DNA from: Acidobacteriota bacterium
GTDB taxonomy: Bacteria > Acidobacteriota > UBA6911
Length of the DNA: 64,000 bases
NCBI GenBank assembly: GCA_050011535.1
Contig: JBEKIX010000004.1
Coordinates: forward strand, 19,995 to 83,994
Direction of reading: 5' to 3'
The translations under genes were made by a program, and so were the position numbers. The notes under the pieces are model-generated. The model was not told the DNA's origin. It saw only the letters and a program-made list of their open reading frames with translations, and did no database searches. Positions 21,272 through 31,277 of the stretch are shown here, in pieces; the stretch's first letter is position 1; every line of letters begins with the position of its first letter.

Positions 21272-23332
21272 TTATCGTCCCGACTTGATCGTGACCAGGC
21301 TCTCCTGGTCCCTCTCCGGCATTGCAGGGTTTGAATGGCAGCCACAGCCGCCTCCCGACGATGTCCCTTGTAATACAGGGAGCGTGAGATGATGCGCGGT
21401 CGTGGGCAGCTGTACCTTTCGACCCTTTGCGAAGATCTCGTGCCGGCCTTGAGTCTTGTGCCACTCTGCCAGCGATGCCGTCTGGTGCATGTTCTCGATG
21501 ATCTGACGCCAGCCCACGCCGGTGTTATAAGCGCAGAATGAGATCTCACCTTCCTGCGTGCCATAAGGAATGACGCACATTTCCGTGCGTCTGAAATCGT
21601 AATTCCACAGGTCCTGAAACCACATCCCTTCGATACAGAGCACGCGCCAATCGTCTTTTTCTGTCCGCGTTTTCATCCGGTCGTTGCGGTCGCTGTCCGA
21701 GCGGTCGGAGGCGGGCTTGAAAAGGTTGAGAATTTGCGACAGCGGGAATCCCTTGGGAGCTTTGTCGGCACGGTAGTTGCGCAAAATGGAGAGCGCCAGC
21801 TGCGCTGCCGTGAGCGTCTCGCCGCGCGCAGAATCGGTGATGATCGCGACGTCGCGAATAAACCTTTCATAGTCGAAGAACTTGAACAGAGGAGTCCACT
21901 CGTGAGTGCGCCGGTTGACTACGAGGAGGCTGAAAATGCCGCAGTTCGGGTGACAATTGCAGGCACTCCAGCCCCAGGGGGCTTCCGGTCCCTGGAGGAT
22001 GTCCATTACGCTCGTGAAGGCGCTGTATGAGGACAAGGGAAACCAGTCCCGCATCGGCTCCCAGTCATTTCCCATCTGGGTTTTCAAATCTGCCACCATG
22101 CCGCTGAGCGTATAACGCTGCCGATAGCGCGTTTCATCGTCGATCTCTTCATCGCGACCCGTAAACGAGACCGGCTGAAAGGCGATGGTTTGGATCTTGT
22201 CAATGTTACGGACGGCAAAGTCCACGATCGGGCCGACCATGTCGTTATTGATCGTGTTGACTATAGTGGCCACCAGGGTGGTCTTCATTCCCACCTTGGC
22301 CATGTTTTCGATGGCCTGCAGCTTCACGTCGAAGAGGTTGCCGACTCCGCGGTGCTGATTTTTCTCGTTCGTCGTGCCATCGAACTGAAGGTAAGTGCCA
22401 TGCAACCCGGCTTCGTGAGCTTTGCGAGTGAATTCCTCGCTTTGGGCAAAGCGGATCCCGTTCGTGGCCGCGAGCACGCGATAAAACCCGATCTTCTTTG
22501 CGTACGCCACGGCCTCGAGGAAGTGCGGCGAAAGCGTAGGTTCACCTCCGGAAAGCAGAACAATAATCTGGCGCCGTGGCTTGAATGAAACCGCGCGATC
22601 GAGAATTGCCTTGGTCTCTTCGAAGTCGGGCTCGTGGACATATCCAACCTGATTGGCATCCATAAAGCACGGATTGCACATCATGTTGCAGCGATTCGTC
22701 AGATCGACGGTGAGGACAGCTCCGCGTCCGTATTGAATAGTGGAGGAGCCGTGGCGGTGGACTTTCTCATCCTCGGAACTACGGAAATCGCGTCCGAAAA
22801 ACAGGCTTTCGATGCGCCGCGTAAAGGCAGGATCGGTCGAAAGAACGTCCTCGAAGGGACCGTGTTTCTCGCATACCTTGCGCATCAGGATGCGTCCGTG
22901 TTCTTCGAGGAGCTGAGCTTTGACCTCGCCGGGGCGGCCGTTCAAGAGCAGCGACAAATCCGATTCTCCCAGCAAGATCGAATTCCTGACCTCGGGGACG
23001 CACCGGGGGCACAAAGAGTCTGTTGTGCGGGGAAAGCCAAGCGGCGGCGCCGTTCGTTCATGGCTCTTGAGGATTTTGCCCGGCGCCCATTTCGGTTGCG
23101 GCAACTCCCCTTCGGGCAGCCTGGCGTTGATCGCCTGAAACGCTTTCCATGTCCAGTTGGACAAGCCCGAAAAAAAGGAGGAGCCCGACCAGTTGAGCAG
23201 GCGAGCTTTGCCATTCTCGTTGCGTAACAAGTGATCCGTGTACATCCTTTCACCCCCGGCCCGCAAGGGCCTATGCTCTTCCACCCGAATCGCGACCTCG
23301 TCAGCTGCGAAGGCGCGAGAAGAGCCGTGCAT
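21272..23332 (-). CDS. Large radical SAM enzyme with N-terminal Cys pair and C-terminal Cys-rich region (tetraether-lipid-synthase/Tes-like candidate)
   Basis: CX3CX2C (CNMMCNPC) followed by the GGEPTL SAM-binding motif. There is a ~200-aa N-terminal extension with CPRC, and a C-terminal CNCHPNC plus further Cys. 686 aa. Confidence 0.75.
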   Translation of the reverse strand: MHGSSRAFAADEVAIRVEEHRPLRAGGERMYTDHLLRNENGKARLLNWSGSSFFSGLSNWTWKAFQAINARLPEGELPQPKWAPGKILKSHERTAPPLGFPRTTDSLCPRCVPEVRNSILLGESDLSLLLNGRPGEVKAQLLEEHGRILMRKVCEKHGPFEDVLSTDPAFTRRIESLFFGRDFRSSEDEKVHRHGSSTIQYGRGAVLTVDLTNRCNMMCNPCFMDANQVGYVHEPDFEETKAILDRAVSFKPRRQIIVLLSGGEPTLSPHFLEAVAYAKKIGFYRVLAATNGIRFAQSEEFTRKAHEAGLHGTYLQFDGTTNEKNQHRGVGNLFDVKLQAIENMAKVGMKTTLVATIVNTINNDMVGPIVDFAVRNIDKIQTIAFQPVSFTGRDEEIDDETRYRQRYTLSGMVADLKTQMGNDWEPMRDWFPLSSYSAFTSVMDILQGPEAPWGWSACNCHPNCGIFSLLVVNRRTHEWTPLFKFFDYERFIRDVAIITDSARGETLTAAQLALSILRNYRADKAPKGFPLSQILNLFKPASDRSDSDRNDRMKTRTEKDDWRVLCIEGMWFQDLWNYDFRRTEMCVIPYGTQEGEISFCAYNTGVGWRQIIENMHQTASLAEWHKTQGRHEIFAKGRKVQLPTTAHHLTLPVLQGTSSGGGCGCHSNPAMPERDQESLVTIKSGR

Positions 23333-23580
23333 AAAAGGCTATCAACCTTTCGCGAGTTGATCCAATTTTATTTGTGAATCGTCCTCGAGGTTGCCAATTT
23401 CCGGCCGATTCTGCATAGTATACGAAACGAGTTTGGGAGCTCGGGTAATTAGAATCATAGGGATACTGTGGGGAAGGGAAAGAAGCTCGCTGCCAATCAC
23501 TCCCTCGCTGACGTGAATGGCGTGCTCCGATGTGTCAATCCCCGGGACCGTCTGCAACTAAGAAAGTCAGGAGATCAAAC

Positions 23581-24015
23581 ATGAAGACCGTGCGCCAGAT
23601 GCTGCAAGCGAAAGGCTTCGACATATGGACAGTCGATCCTGATACTTCGGTTTACGACACATTGAAACTCATGGCGGAAAAGAACGTGGGAGCCTTGCTT
23701 GTCATGAGAGAAGGAAAACTCCTCGGCATTTTCTCCGAGCGAGACTATGCGAGGAGGATGATCCTGCAAGGAAAACACTCGAAAGATACACTGGTGATGG
23801 AGGTCATGACTGAGAACCCAATCTGCGTCAGTCCGGACAAAACGGTCGAAGAATGCATGGAACTTATGACAAACAACCACGTTCGGCATCTACCCGTGTT
23901 TGATGGCGGCCGGCTATTCGGTATCGTATCGATTGGCGATGTGGTCAAGGCGATCATCACGGAACAGCAAGGCACGATCACCGACCTGGAAAACTACATT
24001 ACTGGAAAGCGATAG
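23581..24015 (+). CDS. CBS-pair domain protein
   Basis: Two tandem CBS motifs (...GALLVMREGKLLGIFSERD... and ...RHLPVFDGGRLFGIVSIGD...). A GGAG-like RBS precedes the ATG. Confidence 0.75.
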   Translation: MKTVRQMLQAKGFDIWTVDPDTSVYDTLKLMAEKNVGALLVMREGKLLGIFSERDYARRMILQGKHSKDTLVMEVMTENPICVSPDKTVEECMELMTNNHVRHLPVFDGGRLFGIVSIGDVVKAIITEQQGTITDLENYITGKR

Positions 24016-24036
24016 GGTTTTGGCGCTCGATTCCAT

Positions 24037-25464
24037 TCAGCCCCGTTTGGGGCGATAGACGTGAGTGCTCTGGCCGTAAAACGATTCCGCAGCCTCCATG
24101 ATGGTCTCCGAGAGCGTAGGATGGGGGTGTGTGCTCCACATCACATCCGAGGCAAGCGCGCCCATTTCGACCGCGAGCACTCCTTCAGCGATTAATTCTC
24201 CCGCACCGGCGCCGACTATTCCCGCGCCGAGAATCTGCCCGCTCTCCGGGTCGAGGATTAACTTGGTGGAACCGTCCGTGCGATCAAGGGTCAGGGCTCT
24301 GCCAGAAGCCCCCCAGGGGAAACGAACGACTTTGATGGAGCGATTGGTTTCCCTGGCTTTGGTCTCGGTGAGCCCGCACCAGGCAACTTCAGGATCCGTG
24401 AAGACTACTGCCGGAATAGCCTGCGGCTCGAATGCGACCTTGCGTCCAGAGATCGCCTCGGCGGCGACACGTCCTTCGTGCGTTGCCTTGTGCGCCAGCA
24501 TCGGCTCTCCGGCTACATCGCCGATCGCATAGATGTCGGGATCCGCTGTGCGGCGCTGCGCGTTGATCTTGATAAAGCCGCGTGCGTCCATTTCCACGCC
24601 TGTTTTTTCCAGCCCGTCGATTTCGGAATTGGGCTTGCGCCCGACGGAAACCAGCACGGCTTCGTACAACTGCTCAAGGTCACGCCCCTCGGCGCCCAGG
24701 AGGCGCGCGCGTATTCCCCCGGCTTCTTCCTTCAGGCCTGTGACTTTGGTGTTGAGCATGATCGAGTCAAACAAGTGTTCGAGCCGCTTCGCGAGGATCG
24801 AAACCAGATCGCGATCCACGCCAGGAAGCAATCCATCCGTCATCTCTATCAAGGCAACTTTGGTGCCCAGACTGGCGTAAACCGTGCCGAGTTCCAGGCC
24901 TATGTATCCGCCACCCACTACGAGCATCGTCTCGGGGACGCCCTTGAGTTCCAGCGCCGAGGTCGAGTCGAGAACTCGCGGACTTTCGAGTACAATCCCC
25001 GGCAGCCTCGATGGGCGCGATCCCGTTGCCAGAATCGCTTTTTCAAAATGCAGATCTTCTTCTCCCCCGTCGTGCTTCCTGATCCTGAGGACGCGTCTAT
25101 CCGAAAAACTCGCTCTCCCATGGATGTATCGGACGGCGCGTTGCTTGGCGAGCAGTCCAAGACCTCCGGTTAGCTTTCGAACGACATCCTCCTTCCAGGA
25201 GCGGAGCTTGTCGATATCGATCCGAGGTTCGGAAAACTCGATCCCCCAATGAGCCGCCCTGCGGGATTCAGCAATCACTTGCGCGACGTGGAGCAGCGCC
25301 TTGGAGGGAATGCATCCCCGATAGAGGCAGACCCCGCCTGGGTTTTCCTCCTCGCCAATTAATGCGACTTGCAGGCCCAGATCCGCGGCCATGAATGCGG
25401 CGGCATAACCTCCGGGCCCAGCCCCCACCACCGCGAGTTGGACAGTTTTCTCGTTCTCAACCAT
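24037..25464 (-). CDS. lpdA: Dihydrolipoyl dehydrogenase (E3)
   Basis: FAD-binding GAGPGG. Redox-active disulfide GGVCLYRGCIPSK. C-terminal dimerisation His-Pro-Thr-Leu-Ser-Glu motif (HPHPTLSE). Confidence 0.9.
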   Translation of the reverse strand: MVENEKTVQLAVVGAGPGGYAAAFMAADLGLQVALIGEEENPGGVCLYRGCIPSKALLHVAQVIAESRRAAHWGIEFSEPRIDIDKLRSWKEDVVRKLTGGLGLLAKQRAVRYIHGRASFSDRRVLRIRKHDGGEEDLHFEKAILATGSRPSRLPGIVLESPRVLDSTSALELKGVPETMLVVGGGYIGLELGTVYASLGTKVALIEMTDGLLPGVDRDLVSILAKRLEHLFDSIMLNTKVTGLKEEAGGIRARLLGAEGRDLEQLYEAVLVSVGRKPNSEIDGLEKTGVEMDARGFIKINAQRRTADPDIYAIGDVAGEPMLAHKATHEGRVAAEAISGRKVAFEPQAIPAVVFTDPEVAWCGLTETKARETNRSIKVVRFPWGASGRALTLDRTDGSTKLILDPESGQILGAGIVGAGAGELIAEGVLAVEMGALASDVMWSTHPHPTLSETIMEAAESFYGQSTHVYRPKRG

Positions 25465-25548
25465 GCCTCGATCTCCGTGACGGGTGACACATGACGCGCG
25501 TCGCGGGAAAAGGAGTCCGCGCCCGTCATTCGAAAATGGTCATTCGTC

Positions 25549-26895
25549 TCATCCTTCCAGAGGAAGCAGGAAGGGCTGCTCCATTGCTTGCACAACCCAG
25601 CGCAGGAAGCGGGAGGCGTCCGCGCCGTCGATCAGTCTGTGGTCGTAGGAAAGAGATATGGGGAGCAAGAGCCGCGGTTCAAATTTGCCGGCGACAAAGA
25701 TCGCCTCATGGCGGGCGCGCGATATTCCCAGAATCGCGACTTCGGGAGCATGAATGATGGGTGAAAACTGCGTGCCGCCGATGCCTCCCAGGTTGGTAAT
25801 CGTAAACACGGCCCCTTCCAGTTCTTTCAAAGTGATCTTTTTGCTTCGTGCCTTTTCCGCAAGCTGCGCAATTTCCACCGAGAGCTGAAGGATGTTCTTC
25901 TTGTCGGCATCACGGATCACGGGCACGATCAAGCCCCGGTCAGTGTCAACGGCGACACCGATGTGGTAATACTTTTTCAGGATGATTTGTTCACGCGCGA
26001 CGTCCAGGCTTGCCGCAAAACTGGGGAAAACCTTGAGCGCGGAAGAGATCACCTTTACTGCGATCGAGGTGATCGTCAATTTGCCGCCGGCAGCCTCGAC
26101 GGTGCTGGAAAATCGCTTGCGCAACTGCTCGAGATCCGTAATGTCCACGCTTTCGAAATTGGTCACATGAGGGATTGTGCTCCAGGAATAGCTCATGCTT
26201 GCGGCGATCTTGCGCCGAATTCCGGTTATATCTTTACGCTCGATGTCCCCCCATCTGGAAAAATCCGGGAGCGGCAAAAGTCGGGGGCCCACGCCAGGAT
26301 GATCCCCTGTGCTGCCGTCAATCATTCTCTTAGCGAACGCTTTTACGTCTTCCGCGAGGATGCGTCCCGCCGGACCTGAACCGCCTACCAGGGCGAGATC
26401 AATTCCCAGCTCGCGCGCCAGTCTGCGGACGGTAGGAGTGGCGGGTACGAGCCTATGCGGGGAAGCTTCGGCGACCGCGTCGCGCGGGGTATCCGACTCC
26501 GATTCCGGCGTGGGCCGAACGATGGGAGATGCCGGCAAAGCCGGCAGCCTGGTCTCTCTCTCGGGTTGCCTTTGTTCGGGTGCGGCATGGGCGGCGGCGT
26601 TTTCTTGCCGCGCGGCAGGAGCCGGATTTTCGAGGGCCGTCGAGACGGCTGCCGCAGCCGACTCATCCAGTGTGAACAGGAGTTGGCCGACCTTGACCCG
26701 TTCACCTTCGCGCACGTGGATTTCCTTGACGACGCCGCCGACGGCGGAGGGAAGCTCGAAGTCGGCCTTATCGGTCTCCAGTTCGAGCACGGGCTGATCG
26801 ATCTCGACTCTGGTCCCGATGGAGACCAGGATCTTGATCAGCTCAGCAGATTCGACGTGCTCGCCAAGCTCCGGCAGCATGAATTGCATGGTCAT
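25549..26895 (-). CDS. aceF: Dihydrolipoamide acetyltransferase (E2) of the pyruvate dehydrogenase complex
   Basis: N-terminal lipoyl domain (ELETDKADFELPS), Pro/Ala-rich linkers, an E3-binding region and a catalytic domain with DHRLIDGA. Confidence 0.85.
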   Translation of the reverse strand: MTMQFMLPELGEHVESAELIKILVSIGTRVEIDQPVLELETDKADFELPSAVGGVVKEIHVREGERVKVGQLLFTLDESAAAAVSTALENPAPAARQENAAAHAAPEQRQPERETRLPALPASPIVRPTPESESDTPRDAVAEASPHRLVPATPTVRRLARELGIDLALVGGSGPAGRILAEDVKAFAKRMIDGSTGDHPGVGPRLLPLPDFSRWGDIERKDITGIRRKIAASMSYSWSTIPHVTNFESVDITDLEQLRKRFSSTVEAAGGKLTITSIAVKVISSALKVFPSFAASLDVAREQIILKKYYHIGVAVDTDRGLIVPVIRDADKKNILQLSVEIAQLAEKARSKKITLKELEGAVFTITNLGGIGGTQFSPIIHAPEVAILGISRARHEAIFVAGKFEPRLLLPISLSYDHRLIDGADASRFLRWVVQAMEQPFLLPLEG

Positions 26896-26974
26896 GGGTT
26901 CCTCTTCGAGAGCGGCAGCGAACGGCACACATTGTACACAGGCTTTGGATGCGAATCATGTGTTTTGCGGCGGC

Positions 26975-29644
26975 TCAGGATGTCATCGGATTCGGTTTGT
27001 CTGGGTCTATCCCCAAATCTACCATTGCCTTCTTTAGAATCTCGGGGCCGACCTGTTTTTCCCGCGCCAGCGCCGAAAGAGTGGCGAAGGTGATGGTTCG
27101 TGCATCCACTTCAAAAAAGCCGCGGAGGGCTTCCCTGGTGTCGCTGCGCCCGAATCCGTCGGTGCCAAGGCTGACCAGGGGACGAGGAAACCAGCGTGCG
27201 ACGGAGTCAGGCAGCGCCTTGACGTAGTCCGACGCTGCGACAAATATGCCGGGTGCATCGGCCAGACATGCGGCCACATAGGGGATCCTTGGCCTCTCCA
27301 TCGGATGCAACATGTTCCAGCGCTCGACCTCGTGCCCTTCCTTATACAGTTCTTTATAGCTGGTCACGCTCCAGACGTCGGCGGCCACGCCGTACTGTTC
27401 CTCCAACATTTTCTGGGCACGCAGCGCTTCGCGCAGAATGGCGCCGCTGCCGAAGAGTTGGGCGCGGAGTTTGGCCCGCTTGTTTTCCGAAGCCCTGAAT
27501 CTGTACATGCCCTTGAGAATACCTTCCTGGACTCCCGGCGGCATGGGAGGCATCGGATAGAATTCATTCATCACCGTCAAGTAATAGAAGACGCTTTCCT
27601 GCTCCTCATACATGCGACGGATCCCCTCGCGCACTATGACGGCGATCTCGTACGCAAAGGCCGGATCGTAGCTGAGCAGATTCGGCAGCGGGTAGGCGAG
27701 CAACTGGCTGTTTCCGTCCTGGTGCTGAAGGCCTTCCCCGGCGAGTGTAGTTCGACCCGATGTGCCCCCGATGAGAAAGCCGCGGCAGCGGCTGTCACCT
27801 GCTGCCCAGATCAGGTCGCCGATGCGCTGGAACCCGAACATGGAATAGAAGAGGAAGAAGGGAATCGTATTTACGCACTGAGTCGCATAGGAGGTGCCCG
27901 CAGCGATGAAGGAAGAAATCGCCCCAGCCTCCGAGATCCCTTCCTCCAGGATTTGGCCGTTCTGGGCTTCCTTGTAATAGAGGAGCGTTTCCTTGTCGAC
28001 GGGCTCGTAGAGCTGACCGACATGCGAATAGATGCCGACCTGGCGGAAAAGCGATTCCATGCCGAACGTTCGCGCTTCATCCGGGACAATGGGGACGATC
28101 AGCTTGCCCAGCTTGTCGTCCTTCATCAGCTTGGAGAGCAAGCGTACGAGAGCCATGGTGGTGGCAATTTCCCTTTCGCCGGTGCCTTCGTAAAACTCGG
28201 CGAACAAGTCTTCGCTCGGGGTGATCAAGGGTGTGCATTTGGCATTCCGGAGCGGGACGAAACCGCCCAGTTTCTGCCGCCTTTCCTGCAGATACTGCAT
28301 CTCGGGACTGTTCTCAGGAAGTTTGTGAAACGGCGCGTCGGCGATCTTCTCGTCGGAGATAGGAATGCCGAATCGGGAGCGGAATTCCCGCAATTCCTCG
28401 TCATTCATTTTTTTCTGCTGATGGGTTATGTTCCGGCCTTCCCCTGCCTCCCCGAGTCCATATCCTTTGATGGTGCGCGCCAGGATTACGGTCGGTGATC
28501 CCTTGTGTCCCACGGCGGCTTTGTAAGCAGCATAGACCTTGCTCGGGTCATGACCACCAAGGCGCAACTTCCGGATCTGTTCATCGGAGAGATGCTTGAC
28601 CATTTCCAGTAGGCGAGGATCTTTGCCGAAGAACCGGCTGCGATTGTAAGCACCCGTTTCCACGCAGTATTTCTGCCACTCGCCATCCACGGTCTCTTCC
28701 ATGCGCTGCACGAGAAGGCCGTCGCGGTCCTTGGCCAGCAGAGGGTCCCAATCGCTTCCCCAGATGACCTTGATGACGTTCCAACCCGCACCGTGAAAGA
28801 TCGCTTCCAGTTCCTGGATGATATTTCCGTTGCCGCGCACGGGGCCGTCGAGACGCTGCAGATTGCAGTTGATCACGAAGATGAGATTGTCCAGTTTTTC
28901 ACGCGCCGCCAGCGTTATGGCCCCCAAAGCCTCCGGCTCATCCGTTTCGCCGTCGCCGATGAAAACCCAGACTTTTGAATCGGAAGGTTTGCGCAGGCCC
29001 CGATCCTCAAGATAGCGGTGGAAGCGCGCGCGATAAATGGCCGTGATCGGGCCGAGCCCCATGGAAACAGTGGGGAACTCCCAAAAGTCGGGCATCAGCC
29101 AGGGGTGCGGATACGAGGACAGGCCGCCCCCTTGATTCAGCTCGCGGCGAAAGTTCTCCATCTGCTCAACGCTCAAGCGTCCTTCAAGAAATGCGCGGGC
29201 ATAGATCCCGGGTGATGCGTGGCCCTGGAAGTAAATGAAGTCACTGTCGGGATGATTCTTGCCGCGGAAAAAGTGATTGAACCCGACTTCATAAAGCGTC
29301 GCGGTCGAGGCGTAGGTGGAGATGTGGCCTCCGATGCCGGGTGCGAGACGATTAGCGCGCACGACCATCGCGAGCGCATTCCAGCGCACCAGGCTTTTGA
29401 TGCGCCGCTCGATCTCCCTGCTTCCAGGAAAGGGCGGCTCCCAGTCCACCGAAATGGTATTGATATAGGGCGTGTTTGCCACGTAGGGGATCTTGACGCC
29501 GGATTTCTCAGCGCGCACGCGAAGCTTTTTCATGAGCCGCCCGACGCGCTCGGGTCCGCCGGACTCCAGAACGTAGTCCAGGGAGTCGAGCCATTCACGC
29601 GTCTCGATTCGTTCCAGTTCTTCAGCGTCGTTCGGATCTTTCAT
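26975..29644 (-). CDS. aceE: Pyruvate dehydrogenase E1 component, homodimeric AceE type
   Basis: About 890 aa. The N-terminus aligns with E. coli AceE (MKDPNDAEELERIETREWLDSL vs MSERFPNDVDPIETRDWLQAI). aceE-aceF-lpd are collinear on the minus strand. Confidence 0.9.
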   Translation of the reverse strand: MKDPNDAEELERIETREWLDSLDYVLESGGPERVGRLMKKLRVRAEKSGVKIPYVANTPYINTISVDWEPPFPGSREIERRIKSLVRWNALAMVVRANRLAPGIGGHISTYASTATLYEVGFNHFFRGKNHPDSDFIYFQGHASPGIYARAFLEGRLSVEQMENFRRELNQGGGLSSYPHPWLMPDFWEFPTVSMGLGPITAIYRARFHRYLEDRGLRKPSDSKVWVFIGDGETDEPEALGAITLAAREKLDNLIFVINCNLQRLDGPVRGNGNIIQELEAIFHGAGWNVIKVIWGSDWDPLLAKDRDGLLVQRMEETVDGEWQKYCVETGAYNRSRFFGKDPRLLEMVKHLSDEQIRKLRLGGHDPSKVYAAYKAAVGHKGSPTVILARTIKGYGLGEAGEGRNITHQQKKMNDEELREFRSRFGIPISDEKIADAPFHKLPENSPEMQYLQERRQKLGGFVPLRNAKCTPLITPSEDLFAEFYEGTGEREIATTMALVRLLSKLMKDDKLGKLIVPIVPDEARTFGMESLFRQVGIYSHVGQLYEPVDKETLLYYKEAQNGQILEEGISEAGAISSFIAAGTSYATQCVNTIPFFLFYSMFGFQRIGDLIWAAGDSRCRGFLIGGTSGRTTLAGEGLQHQDGNSQLLAYPLPNLLSYDPAFAYEIAVIVREGIRRMYEEQESVFYYLTVMNEFYPMPPMPPGVQEGILKGMYRFRASENKRAKLRAQLFGSGAILREALRAQKMLEEQYGVAADVWSVTSYKELYKEGHEVERWNMLHPMERPRIPYVAACLADAPGIFVAASDYVKALPDSVARWFPRPLVSLGTDGFGRSDTREALRGFFEVDARTITFATLSALAREKQVGPEILKKAMVDLGIDPDKPNPMTS

Positions 29645-29765
29645 TTTCCGTCTCCATGCAGCACCCGTCAAATCAAACAACCTATGTGAAATACGTTGCG
29701 ACGAGTTTGTTCCTATGTCAAAGATTTTCCAATCCTGAAGGAAACCCGGGCCGAGATGAGGGCCG

Positions 29766-30560
29766 CTAATTCTTGATCCGCCGCCACGCCGTAACGGCGT
29801 GCCCGTCCCCTCGTGTGAAGCTGAAGTCGGCCGGACGCGGCATGCCGGGGTGCGAGAATGACACGGTAAGCTTCCCGCCCTTCAACTCGAAGATGCCGAA
29901 CTGCTTCTGACCGGCGCCCGGCCCGGCAGTCAACAGGTAGTCAATCGTATTTGGCTGTCTTGAGCGGTCGACGCTGAAACGGGCCTTCATGAGCAGTTGC
30001 TTGCCCATGATTGTCGCAGTCTCATTGCCCTTGGCGATGCGTCTGCACGAACTGACGAAAGATGGTTCAAGCTGCTCGCCGTCGTAAGCGCACGACACCA
30101 TAGCCCACTCCCCTTCCAATTCGGGAACCGGTTCCGTAGGGAAATCTGACGCGAGGGGTTCGGCCGGTTGCAGTGTCTTCGTGGTTTTGATCCGGGCGCG
30201 TGCCTTCGTGCGCTGGAGGGTTTCGAGCGCCAGGCCACTGTTCGGTCCCGTGGTAAAGTCGCTCGGACGCTGCCCGCCGGTCATGTTCAGACAAAGCCGC
30301 CAGGTGTCGCCCGCGAGCTCGAAGATGCCTCGATTGGTGTTGCCCTTTTCCGGCCCCGCCGTGAAATTCATGTCAATGGCGAATGGACTGCTGGAGACAT
30401 CGAGGACAAACTTGCCTTCGTAGGTGGCGCCAATCCCCATGCTGGTGAAATAATCGTCCTTTACCACAATCTGCGCGCCGCCGGCAGGCATGGACCGGCC
30501 TTCTATCTCCACCGCAACCACGTTCCAGACGCCCTGCAATTCTTGGAGTTTCGATTTCAT
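29766..30560 (-). CDS. Hypothetical protein with two tandem TIGR03067-like (lipocalin-like) domains
   Basis: Two repeats of a ~110-aa unit. The first starts LQGVWNVVAVEIEGR... and the second ELEGEWAMVSCAYDGEQL... Both end with a PxDF motif. Confidence 0.55.
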   Translation of the reverse strand: MKSKLQELQGVWNVVAVEIEGRSMPAGGAQIVVKDDYFTSMGIGATYEGKFVLDVSSSPFAIDMNFTAGPEKGNTNRGIFELAGDTWRLCLNMTGGQRPSDFTTGPNSGLALETLQRTKARARIKTTKTLQPAEPLASDFPTEPVPELEGEWAMVSCAYDGEQLEPSFVSSCRRIAKGNETATIMGKQLLMKARFSVDRSRQPNTIDYLLTAGPGAGQKQFGIFELKGGKLTVSFSHPGMPRPADFSFTRGDGHAVTAWRRIKN

Positions 30561-31181
30561 GACAGTTCCTCCAGATCGGAATTTGGTTTGCCGGCGATCC
30601 TTGGATTACTGCGCGACGCTTCTTGCTATCACCGTCACCTCGTGCACCGGAAGCCGCGGACCCTCATTTCATACACAACCACAAATTTTATACATAGGGA
30701 GCTCTTTGCGCGGTGAAATCTGCATTCATTCATTTCCGATCCTTTTGCCGGCGCGCTGGCCGTCCCACGAAATTAGAGACGGTCAGGAATGACGCTTAGA
30801 GGAGGCAAGGTCCATCTGGCGCCCTTCCAGGGCTGTCGTCCTTCTCACCATAAACCCCGGGCGGCGCTTCGCTTGCCCGGGGCTATTGTCTTCTGCGCCT
30901 CCGGCGCGCTGCTTCCCTCGCAAGATGCCAAGTTCCGATTCAGTACCTGACCCAGAGGGTCAGCAGAGAGTAGCCGGGGGCAAGTGCAGCGCAGCCCCCG
31001 GTCAACCGATGACATACGAACAGCCCCAGCGGGGCGACAGAAAATCACCCTGATTTCTTCCCGATGCATGGCTTTAACAAGCGCCTAGCAACTCCTTAAT
31101 GAAGCGGCATTGGTGATTCTCTCCATTTTCGCCGCTAGTCCTGCGACTTTGCCGGGAAGGTGGGGGATAGCAAATAGCGCC

Positions 31182-31211
31182 TTGACACACTCCAAGAAGC
31201 ATGGATAAGAT
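31182..31211 (+). promoter_or_regulatory. Candidate sigma70-type promoter TTGACA-N18-TAAGAT upstream of rsbW (coordinates approximate)
   Basis: Hexamers read directly; about 65 nt upstream of the rsbW ATG. Confidence 0.35.
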
Positions 31212-31277
31212 GACGCCGGCGCTCCAGATAGGTACGAACGCATCTCATTGGCTGTTTTGCCGTTTTCCAGATTTTGC

